Assembly (NCBI RefSeq): GCF_006345805.1
Contig: NC_043013.1
Location: 29,822,001-29,886,000 of the forward strand
From: Octopus sinensis
Taxonomy: Eukaryota
Reading direction: 5' to 3'
DNA length: 64,000 nt
Made by a program: the position numbers and the translations under genes. The notes beneath the pieces are model-generated. The model made no database searches and was not told where the DNA came from. It saw nothing but the letters and a program-made list of their open reading frames with translations. Each line of letters begins with the position of its first letter. The stretch's first letter is position 1. Positions 14,021 through 25,537 of the stretch are shown piece after piece.

Positions 14021-15334
14021 TAAAATTTACTTGGAAATGGATGTGTGGCGTTCGATCATATAATAACATAAATAATATATATGTATATACATACATACAT
14101 ACATACATACATACATACATACATACATACATAAATATATATATATATATATGCATATGCCATATATTTCAGGCCCCATTAGAAAAAGAAATGTTCGTTT
14201 CTTTTGGATCTTAATCGAGAAAAAAATTATCTCGTTAGTGACGGCCTATTTAGATACCTCGAAATGGTCATAATCTCTTTGGTTATTGAGCCAAGACATG
14301 CATCAGTCACTTAATTGATGATGCAATTCTACAGAGAAGAACTAATCACATGCCATGGAGGCCAAAGTTGTGTGAGGTATCGAGGTGATATGAATCCCAA
14401 TAAGCTCTCGCTGATAATGTTAGTGGTAGCGTGCTTAGTTATCACCTTAATACGAGCAGAACAAATGTTCTTGTTTTTTTTTATTTTACATTGTTCGGTA
14501 TTTCTAGATTTCTGTCAATTTACCTTGGTTCCGTTCTGTGAGAAGATTGATACTAGGGACAAGTAGTGTTGGATCGCTACACAACTTTTAATAAATCTCA
14601 ATAACAATCCATTAAAAACCAGGTTCTGAGAAATCTAATGCGTCAGCAAAAAGTCATTATTGAAATTCATGAATTCGGAGAGGTTTGCATGCTATAACAG
14701 ATAAGAACTCTAAAGGTTCGATCCAAAAATTTTCTTCAGTGCTAAGATAAATATTAAAAGAAATTATTTATCTGAGCAACGGATTTACTAGAATCACCAG
14801 TATTTCCCCCTCAACACGACCTACGAACTTATTAAAAATTTCTGTGTCTATTTCTTTTGGTAACCAGTTTAAACATCTAATTGTGTTTGTATTGGCCCTA
14901 TGCGCTTTTCCAGAAATAAATATTGTAAATCTGTTTCCTTGTTAAGAGATAAATATAGTATTTTCATGTGTTACGCGTGTTTAATGAGATATAAAAAAAA
15001 AAACATTTTTTTTTAGTGTAACATGTGTTCGAGTCTTTAAAGATGTAATTAATTTCTTGGCAGAATAAAAATGAGAATTTTTCCTATTTTGTTATGCAAA
15101 TGACTAAGGAAATATTGTATGCGTATCACATATCGACTGTTTAGAAATTAGAATGTTGTGTACATAGAGTAAAAAAAATCGATTTTCATATCAGATGATT
15201 ACTGCTCCATGTGGTGCTGATTTGGTGAGACGAAGAAAGGACATACAGGCCACTATTACCGCTTGTCACGTACTTGTGCAAGTACTTGTAAATATATACA
15301 TTCATGCGAATATACTATGCATACACATATATAC

Positions 15335-16110
15335 ATATATCACATCACACTACGTAGTGGATGCATTTGTAATCGAAAAACAGGGGATTGCTGCGAAATA
15401 CCTAATACACAGAAGAGTCAATGAAGCCCTTGAAGCCCTAAGATGCAACGGAAATGTAGATTATCTGCTGCCCAAGAATATCATCTAGGCAGTAACTCCC
15501 AATGCAACACGACGCTGTTGCAAAAATAATATACAATGCTATCCGAAGAAAGGGACTGCTCTGGAATAATTACAGAAACCCTGTTTTTGAGTATACACAT
15601 AACCATCAACATAAATTATATTGGTGGAACATTCCATCAAGTCGTCTACCAAGTACGTATCAGGACAATTATCCCCTAGGATAATTACCCTCATAGGACA
15701 ACTCCCCCCCCTAGGAAATTACCCCCTTGGTTAATTATGCCCTCTCCAATATATCGAGAAGTTTCAAATCATCATCTGTTGTCCTCGGTGTAATTGTCCT
15801 TGGTTGGGGTTATTGTCCTAGACTCAGTGCAGATATAAGAGGTTTCACATCATTGTTTTGGACAGACAATATAAAAAAATATGTCAACAAAGAGGTGAGT
15901 TGCCCTTCTGATATGAATATCTCTTCAGAAATTAAAGAGGATGACTACGGCCAACTGCTTCGAAACTACCAGCAACTATATCCAGATTATAGTTTCACAT
16001 ACATACCTGTAATATATGGTGCACTTTAGTTTATGAATAAATCTGTAAAAACCGGAGTTTTTCAGAAATAGAAATCAAACACGTACATCGCAAATACAGT
16101 CTGTAAGGGG
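15335..16110 (+). mobile_element. Decayed 3' fragment of an R4/Dong-like (restriction-like endonuclease) non-LTR retrotransposon, interrupted by a MITE
   Basis: ITSHYVVDAFVIEKQGIAAKYL, HDAVAKIIYNAI, YWWNI, EVSCPSDMNI, LYPDYSFTYIPVIYGAL; same family as 40760-41470. Confidence 0.7.
15659..15823. mobile_element. Small foldback/MITE with subterminal AGGACAAT repeats
   Basis: Left aggacaattatcccc, right ggggttattgtcct; four forward and three reverse motif copies. Confidence 0.6.
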
Positions 16111-16208
16111 AATTGTTGAAATTTGTAATCTGGCTCAAAATTTCAATTTACTTTTGCTATCCAAATTCCAGAAATTTAGAAACCAGAACCTTATTTATGA
16201 GAAGATTT

Positions 16209-16324
<116 letters not shown>

Positions 16325-16535
16325 GATTTAAAAATAGAATAAATTCTTCATAAGAACATGTTAAGAATCTATAACATGCATATTGTAATATTTTGTGACA
16401 ACCAGTACCTAACACAACCAAGCCTTTACATGTTATTTTTGACAATCTTTTCTAAAAAAGTGAAACCGGTCAGTAAATTAACATCGTTTAAAATTGCATT
16501 TTCAAACCTTCTTTCATATATAATTCCACTTTGTA

Positions 16536-16598
<63 letters not shown>

Positions 16599-16743
16599 TA
16601 TATATAGAGGGCATTATACATACATGCCAGAGAGCATTATACATACATGCCACACGCTAAGAGGGACAATTAGTCATTTCTACCAAAAATATTACTAATC
16701 CCACCGAATGCAAGTTTTCAAAGTAAGACATTTAAAAAATATA

Positions 16744-16789
16744 GACCTGTATCACAGTGATTTCATACTTACGTATTCATCAGCAGGCC
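16744..16789 (-). ncRNA. Type I hammerhead ribozyme motif
   Basis: GGCCUG-CUGAUGA-AUAC(GUAA)GUAU-GAAA-UCAC(U)GUGA-UA/CAGGUC: full core, stems I-III pair. Confidence 0.85.
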
Positions 16790-17290
16790 TGAATGTATCA
16801 TAAATAAACGACCCTGCCCCGCTTAAGCCGATCACTAACTGATCAACATCAACGAAGCACATGGTGAGTTTACATATATTACATCCTGTAAATGGCATAC
16901 TTTTACGAATTGCATTTCGGGAAAGGAAAAGTTTTTTCGGAATAAAAATTTAGCAATTAAGGACAACTACTTAATAAGGAAAACTTAACAAGAAATTGTC
17001 AGGTAGATAGCGTGAAAACCTCATAAGAGAATAAATTTCGAAAATAATTATTTCTTATTGAACATATTAATTTATATATAGAGGGCATAATAAGTTTTGC
17101 TTATTAAGTAGTTGTCCTTAATTGCTAAATTTTTATTCCGAAAAAACTTTTCCTTTCCCGAAATGCAATTCGTAAAAGTATGCCATTTACAGGATGTAAT
17201 ATATGTAAACTCACCCATGTGCTTCGTTGATGTTGATCAGTTAGCTGATCGGCTTAAGCGGGGCAGGGTCGTTTATTTATGATACATTCA

Positions 17291-17336
17291 GGTCTGCTGA
17301 TGAATACGTAAGTATGAAATCACTGTGATACAGGTC
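17291..17336 (+). ncRNA. Type I hammerhead ribozyme motif
   Basis: GGUCUG-CUGAUGA-AUAC(GUAA)GUAU-GAAA-UCAC(U)GUGA-UA/CAGGUC; predicted cleavage after 17330. Confidence 0.85.
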
Positions 17337-17600
17337 TATATTTTTTAAATGTCTTACTTTGAAAAATTGCATTCGGTGGGATTAGTAATATTTTTGGTAG
17401 AAATGACTAATTGTCCCTCTTAGCGTGTGGCATGTATGTATAATGCTCTCTGGCATGTATGTATAATGCCCTCTATATATAAATTAATATGTTCAATAAG
17501 AAATAATTATTTTCGAAATTTATTCTCTTATGAGGTTTTCACGCTATCTACCTGACAATTTCTTGTTAAGTTTTCCTTATTAAGTAGTTGTCCTTAATTG

Positions 17601-17641
<41 letters not shown>

Positions 17642-17733
17642 ATCCAAACATGAAAACACAACAACGCGGGACGTGGAACAAGTATAGTGTTATTGGACGC
17701 TCAGGAAAAAAAGAATATATATATATATATATA

Positions 17734-17986
17734 TTCTTTTATTCTTGTACTTGTTTCAGTCATTTGTGGCCGTGATGGAATACCATCTTTAGTCGAACAA
17801 ATCGACCTCAGGATTCATTCTTTGTTAGCCTAGTGCTTATTCAATCGATTTTTTTGCCGAACCGCTAAGTTACAGAAACGTAAACGCACCAACATCGATT
17901 GTCAAAGTGCAATGCATTGTGACTGAACCGGGAATCATATGATTGGGAAACAAGCTTCTTACCACACAGCCACTCCTGCGCCTATA
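17734..17986 (-). mobile_element. SINE family B, internally deleted
   Basis: Tail cttgtttcagtcatttg and head cttcttaccacacagccactcc both present, middle missing. Confidence 0.75.
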
Positions 17987-17999
17987 AGCCCCTCCTGCG

Positions 18000-18057
<58 letters not shown>

Positions 18058-21000
18058 ATATATATATATTACATATATACACCTCTATCTATCTATTTAT
18101 CAATCAATCAAAAGACATGATTACTCATTTCGAGGTGAACCTCTTCACTTAACTGCAATGTGTGATGAAAGTGGAATAAACAACAGGAAATGGTGGGTGT
18201 AACTGTCTTGCGTTAAATGTTCAAAGGCTTCAGGCTTAAGATGCTATTGTTGAGAGAGGAAACAACGCGCACATGGGCTAGAAGTTGTTGTGTGTTTAAG
18301 AGTGAACCTGTGTTACTTGGCGTAGTTTTTAATCGGATGTGGTCAATGTTCTCTTTCTCAGATGAATATGTATAACTTGTCATTAGAGAGTTTCTAGCAT
18401 TGTTGATGGTACAATCATCGTCCCTATCAATCTCTTACATCAACATTAAATTTAAAATGTGAGACGGCTGCTGATGTTATTCTTATTTAGCGAGAATGTG
18501 GGCGATGTTTATGAAGAATTAACTGGAAGGAGAAGAATGACAAATCTTCTTAGTATTTTCGTAATTCTTAATCCTCTGAGAAACGGGTGAGAAGTCGATC
18601 TAAATACAGATACTTTGCGACATATCTTTTTTTTACGGTTCATTGAAGATGAAGAACGGAAATACGTATGACCTAAGCAAGCCTGGAGAAATCAATATGG
18701 TTTATATTCAGATAGAAAATCTGCAGCTGGACATCTGTAGAAAAAAAAAACCGGACTGTAAAGGAATTCAATGAAGTTGACATTCTGGGTATGTAGGAGA
18801 GGGAATGGTGCTTTGTGTAGGTCCTTGGTTAAGCGACTAGACACAATAATGATGATGAAAGAGGAGAGACCGGTGTACTGGTTAGGCTTGAGTGGAAGTG
18901 GTATGTAACAACTTAGTTCATAGAAGTAACGCATATATTTATTAGAGATTTTAGTGTGTTGGCGAAGGAGTCTTAACCTATCAGATTGTCTTCGTTTTGG
19001 ATGGTAAGTATGATGTTTGTCTGTAGAACGCAGTAGGTGTAAAGTATGTTAAGCTTTCAAAATAAGACTTTATTTGATTAATTTATTTATCTAAGAAAAG
19101 TGAATTAAAGATTTATGGAACGGAAAATATGGTCAACGGAAAAGATGGTAAAATAAATGGTGACTATCAAGAGACATTCAATATTTGTTTCTTATGAAGC
19201 AAATAATTTATTAGATTTTATCAAAAATTGTAAAACATAAAAAGATGAAATTTGAATTGAAACAATTAATCTCGTTTAAAAGTTTAAGATTTATTCTGAA
19301 ATTCTACTGGATTCAATATATTTTAAGCTCTAAGAGTAAAATAATATGACCAGTAGGATGAAAACATTGAAAACAGGAATTACGTTAGGTATTGGCTATG
19401 TTATTTCAGCAATTTCGGAACTTTCAGAAGCAGCTTTATTGACAAAAATAACAAACTCTCAATTCCGGTAGCAATGTATATTGACTAACAATCCGATAAT
19501 TACATTGAATTAGATTGAATAATAATTTCAGTTAGAAGAGGGAATCGGCTACAGTATACAGCTTATAGTAAATGCATTGCAATTAAACCGATCTCTCACC
19601 AATTTAGAAAAACATTCACAAACCTGTGGGTCTTGTAATGAATTTAAGGATAAATTGACTATCGATTAGTGAATGGTAGCAACTGTGAAAACAGAACAAA
19701 CCAGATATCGATGCACGAAAATATTTTCTTTTCAGTTGAAATAGAGATAGCGTAGTTTTGATCAATACCTCAGGCTACAAGCGTTTCATTCTTGACGAAC
19801 ATGCCATATAATCTTCCAAGTGCTCTAACGTATCATTGTAATATTATTAGACACATTGCACCTGATTATTCATCTTAGAGAAGCGGTTGATTGTTTATCT
19901 ACGATTCCCCTCAAAAGATACATAATTCTTATTATTTATACAGCATAATTTCAGTAAGGCGTTTTGTTTTGAGAATCGGATATAGACATGTCTGTGTTAA
20001 GGAAGCTCACTTCACCACTTCATAATTCCAAGTTCAATCTCAGTGTGGAACGCATTGAGAAATTACCTTCTATAGAAAGCCCCTGTTCATCCGAAGCGTT
20101 ACGAATGAAATTCCAAAGATAGAAATTTTACCGAAGACAGTTGAAGGAACCTCGCCTTGTTGACTGTTTGACTTAATCCGTTGTGTAATAAGTACAAACA
20201 CTTAGTCTTTGCAGGCCTTTTGTGAGAACCCCACTTGCAAGTATTCGGAGTACCCGACCAATTGTCTGAAAATAACTTCCCAGTCTCTTCACATCAGTTA
20301 CAAAATCAAGAAAAAGTGTAGCGTGTACTTCACCACTTCCTCTGACCAAACCATTGAAAAGAAAACGACAATTATATCAAACCGATTAAAACAATAACAT
20401 TTCCGACATTCAAAAATATATTTGATGGCACTGTTAATTGTATAACATCGAATCATCTCAGATCAAGAAGATCTATGATCAAAAGACATTTCGTCTGTAA
20501 CTATATCATCCTCATTTTAGCGTATGTACCTAAAACCATATTTCATGAGGTTTAGGTATGTACTGAATATTATTTAGCTGCTATTTTAAACTCTTCGAAC
20601 GTCCACTTAGAGAGCTTTCTCTTTTGGTTTGAAAATGTTATATTTTTAAAAATACATTGTGCCCGGGGGTGTGACATTCACGATATCAGTGTTAGAGATG
20701 TGAGTAACGTGAAATAGATCCAACTGAGAATCAAAAGTGTTTCTTAAAGAACTTCGCTTACGGGAAACTGGGTTCTGAGAGAATCTGTACACATTACAAT
20801 GCTCATTAGTCCATCTCAGTACATTACTAGTATAGTATGAGTTACAATCCAACGAGAGGGACCGCATAGTCTCAACCCGTTAGAAATAACAGCCAAATAT
20901 CTCTCAAATAACACCTTACTGTTTTAAACAGAGGAATAGTACATTGTCTAATGTCACCTTATATATTCTTAAAAAGGGAAGACGGTCAGTGTTGTAATAC

Positions 21001-21811
21001 GTTTGATTATAAGTCTGTCGATAAGCATTGATCTCTATTTTAATATCTACACTAGAAAAAATTGATGCGAATCTAATCAACCGCCGGAAAGCTGAAATGC
21101 AAAGTTAACTTTGTCAAGATTTGAACTTACGATGGCGATTTATTGAACTAGATGCAAAATATTTACTCCAGTCCTCTACTAAAATAAAAGCGGTTTACGT
21201 GATAAGTTGGGATGCGTTTTTCTCAAAAGAAATTAAATTATTTCAAGATTCGATTATGAATCGTGGTTGCATCGTTCCAGGAGATACAGCGGTTTTGATA
21301 ATCAAGCTTAATACACACCAAAATGAAATGCTCCTAGGTTTGATTTTTTTAGACTTACAGATAGTAACCACATCACTTGCAGTACCCGTAACCATTTACA
21401 GGATCTCAGATACTAGTGGGAGTTGGACAAGAAGTTATTCTCAAACTGGAGACCTTGCTCGAATCATTAAAATAAAGTAAATTCCGTGAAGGAAACCAGG
21501 ATGGCGGGGTAAGGTGTCACACCTGCAGCTATTTGAACTCAGAACGCATAGATTCGGAATAAATACTGCAAGTCATCCTGTCCAGTGTTTTTACAGTTCC
21601 GCCAGTCCAACACTGTGGATTGGATTATGTTACCCATGTGCAGTCCACTGCATGACGAAGGCCTCAGAATGTTTTCTTCCCCAACCACGGTTTGATGTGG
21701 AGGTCATGAATTTGAGCCCGAGCTTGAGTACATACTAATTTGATTATCCTACTCTGCAACACTGGATCAACAGCTGGATGCATTTTTTTATACACATACC
21801 CAAGAGTAGTT

Positions 21812-21986
21812 AAGTCGATTATATAAACTCCAGTGCTCAACAGGTATTTATTTTATCGACCCCGGAAAGATGAAAGGCAAAGTCGACCTCGATGGAAGCG
21901 GAATTTGAGCTCAAACGTAAGGGCGGAAGAAATACTGCTAAGCATTTCGCCCGGCATGCTAACGATGATTCTACCAGCTCGCCGCC
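21812..21986 (-). mobile_element. SINE family A
   Basis: atgaaaggcaaagtcgacctc...gaatttgagctc...ccagctcgccgcc. Confidence 0.8.
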
Positions 21987-22766
21987 TGACCGTGGATTAG
22001 TATTTGCATTTTTCGACTTCGCCTCAATAAGATGAAAATCCAACGGAAAGTCGGTGTTGCTTGAACACACAATGCATAGTTGGAACAAACATCACAGATC
22101 ATTTTATTCGCCTGAGTAAATTCAAAACTCGATTGGATTTTTACGACTGGAGCGTCCTTGATAATAATTTTGGTCTTTCGTCGCTGACCTGAATCAAAGC
22201 AACAAGAAAACCCGAATAGCATCTTCCCTAATGCAGTGGTTTATCACACAAAACGTTCTTGAGTATTTAGTGCTCACATGTTCGTTTATCTAACATGAAA
22301 GCTTTTGCTGGTTTTTGTTGTTGTATAACGTTGGTTATTTACCTTTCATTTTCATTATAACTACATTCACTTTATTTTCATGGCCAGATTACACAAGACA
22401 CTTGAAAACAAACCAGATTTGGATTTTTGTTTTGCGTAATAAATAAATAAATAAATAAATAAACAAATAAATAATTATAAATAAATAAATAAAACCGGCT
22501 TCCTGATTTATCAATTTATCAGTGAAACTGGTTTCATGTTATTTTAATTACTTTCTGCATAAAGTGTTATTTCTTTCTGAAAGAGAAAATTCCATATCTA
22601 CTCTTAAGAATCGATCATTTCCTGTTGAATTTAATAGAGATATTTCAACATCATTGAAAATTAATTTTTTTCTTCCACAATTTTGAAATTTATAAACTAA
22701 TCGATATTTTATTTTCACTTTCTAACATTTATTAAATGATAAATATTTTATTTTTTCAGTATTTAG

Positions 22767-22846
<80 letters not shown>

Positions 22847-23344
22847 ATGCGTCTGTGTGTGTACGTAACATTAATTTGATTTCAAAAAGTCGAAAATAAG
22901 CAGCTCAAGTAGGCTACAGATTGTTTCCAATGTAAATTAAATATAGATTATAGGGGAAAAAATTTAAGAAAACCAAGAAAAGGTTAATTTAATCGACAAA
23001 AATTGTAGAGATCTTAAAAATATTGTATTGTTTTTAATAACCGACAATACAGCAACTTGCGATTGGGCTGCAGATTCAATTCCTGGAAAACCTGTGCCAC
23101 ATTTTCTACTTCCAGAATATATTACGAAACCTATAATTTATTTTTCGGTTTAATACCCTTCCATATAGAAATTAAAAATTTTTTTTATAAGAAACCAATA
23201 TAAAGATAGACTGAGTATGGCTGTGTGGTTTCTTACTCAAACACGTGTATTCAAGTTTCGTTCAATGCAGAGTACATTTATCAAGCGTCTTCTAGCATAA
23301 CCCCGTGACGACAAAAATAGCAATATTTAGTCGACAGCTGTGCA

Positions 23345-24455
23345 CAGCCTTGCCAAATGGAAATACACATTCACAGACATGCAAGAAGTAAATAGACACC
23401 TTTAATTTTCAAAGTCTTTTATTTAATATGCAAAGCGAATAATTGAAATGTAATCGATAGGTAGGACTACATACTTTAGTATTTGGAGTTTTTAATTGAG
23501 AAACTCTTTTTGGCATTGAACTGATGAGTTTTGTGATTGTCTCTTGTGGAATTTCTGCCCATTTTTCACGGAACAATCGAGACAATTCATCTTTAGATTT
23601 AAGTTTCTGTCGAGTTTTTCGTATAGCTCTATCTAGTATGCCCCAAAGATTTTCAATTGGGTTCATGTTAGGAGAATGGCTCGGCCAAGGAAGCTTTTTG
23701 ATCCCATTTTCAGTCAGCCATTGTTGATTCTTTTTCGCTGTGTGGTATGGAGCCCCATCTTCCATGAATAAAAACTCAGTTTTCGTTATATTATCGTGTG
23801 AATACATCGGAAATAGTCCTTGCTTAAGTATTTCGATGTATTTTTTAGAGTTTATGGTTCCAACACATTCGATCAGCTCAGAACGATCATTGCTGGTGAC
23901 AGCTCCCCATACCATTACAGAAATACCGCCATATTTCACAGTTGGTTGGAGTTGTTTCAAATCAAATTCTTGATTGGGAAGCCTCCAGACCGAAACACGT
24001 GCACTGTCTGAAAATAATGCAAATCTGGATTCATCTGAGAAAATCACTCTATCCCAAAACGAACTGGAGTTTTCTGACATCCCTTTAGCCCATTTCTTTG
24101 TTTTCATGATATTAATTGTTTGAAGGAGAGGTTTTCTTCTAGCTGTTCGTCCATAATATCCAAGCTTATGCCGATATGTAACACTCGCTCTTGGACTAAC
24201 TTCTAGCTGCTTTGCAATGTCAGAAGTCTTCGAACGGGGTCCATTTTCCACAATTCTCTTCAAACAGCGAAGCTTCCTTTCCGAGGGCTCAGGTCGGCCG
24301 GGACGAGAATCTTTTGATTCTTTTCCTTGGCTTTTGAATTGCACTGCAATTCTGTTAACAGTAGCAAGAGGAATTTGAAGATTTTCGGCAATTTTTCGCT
24401 GGCTAAATCCAGCCTCAGAATGCCCAACAATTCTGCTGAATTTTTTAATAGTTTT
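23345..24455 (-). mobile_element. Tc1-like element lacking its 5' end
   Basis: Transposase ORF plus a probable 3' TIR cagccttgccaaa at 23345; no matching 5' TIR found. Confidence 0.8.
23409..24455 (-). pseudogene. Tc1-family DD34E transposase, stop-free but lacking a start codon
   Basis: Frame extends upstream of the listed ORF (KKFSRIVGHSEAGFSQRKIAENLQIPLATVNRI HTH), GRP, FSDESRF, FMEDGAP + 34 aa + NPIENLW; C-terminus degenerate. Confidence 0.85.
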
Positions 24456-24550
24456 TTATACTTTTATATATTTTATATTCTTTATATTTTTATAAATACT
24501 TTATATTATTTTTTATATCCTTTATATATTTGAATTCCAGTTCTTTGCCC

Positions 24551-24802
24551 TCGCATTACATAGTCCAGAAGAAATAAGGTGCAAGCGTGTCGCCTTGTAA
24601 TACTCTGGCGTTGATTTCAAAGTGTTTCATCTCTCCATTAGGAGTGATCACTTTCGCTCTCCTGGTCTCATACGGCTTACTCATTGCTCTCAGAATACTT
24701 GGTGGAACATCGTAATATCTTTAAGTATCTTCATCCCCATTCCTCTATACGCGGAATCAAAAGTCTTTTAAAAGTCTACATAGATAATGACTGGACAACG
24801 TT
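24551..24802 (-). mobile_element. RTE-clade LINE reverse transcriptase fragment
   Basis: YVDF*KTFDS ... VITPNGEMKHFEINARVLQGDTLAPYFF ... LDYVMR with stop and frameshifts. Confidence 0.8.
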
Positions 24803-24820
24803 ATATATATATATATAATA

Positions 24821-25289
24821 TATAAATTGTACTTAAAATTAAAGTTTAGCTAGGAAACTTTAAGCAGTATTATCTAATGTCCCATGTAGTGTGCCTGCAG
24901 AGCACGTTCACATACATACATACATACATACATACATACATACATACATACATGCATACATACATACATATAAATATATATATATGTATATATATATATG
25001 TATATATATACATATATATATGTATATATATGCATATATACATATATATAATTGTATAAATATATGTATATATATACATATATATATATATATGTATATA
25101 TACGTATATATATGTATACACACACACATATATATATATACATATATATATTATATATATATATATATAAATTGTACTTAAAATTAAAGTTTAGCTAGGA
25201 AACTTTAAGCAGTATTATCTAATGTCCCATGTAGTGTGCCTGCAGAGCACGTTCACATACATACATACATACATACATACATACATACA

Positions 25290-25321
<32 letters not shown>

Positions 25322-25537
25322 AATATATATATATGTATATATATATATATATGTATATATATACATATATATGTATATATATGCATATATACATATATAT
25401 AATTGTATAAATATATGTATATATATACATATATATATATATATGTATATATACGTATATATATATGTATACACACACACATATATATATATACATATAT
25501 ATATTTATATATATAAATATATATATATGCATATATA
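24821..25537. repeat. Tandem duplication, 345-bp period
   Basis: ttgtacttaaaattaaagtttagctaggaaac...gagcacgttcac occurs twice; twin ORF starts at 24877 and 25222. Confidence 0.9.

Larger units (their letters stand above)
16601..17602. mobile_element. Head-to-head pair of a 474/476-bp hammerhead-bearing unit (Penelope pLTR-like or retrozyme-like), flanked by (TA)n
   Basis: 16601-16987 is the reverse complement of 17091-17479; gagggcat recurs at 16607 and 17081; 17481-17602 is the reverse complement of 16952-17080. Confidence 0.85.

Noticed and set aside
19532-19669. Short frame with LRR-like IVNALQLNRSLTNL
   Set aside because: Single partial match; the rest of the LRR consensus is absent and there is no clear donor
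21971-22222. Overlapping sense/antisense open frames, one with CCxxxxC
   Set aside because: Extends into a SINE; motif lacks the Asn of LU domains; no further support
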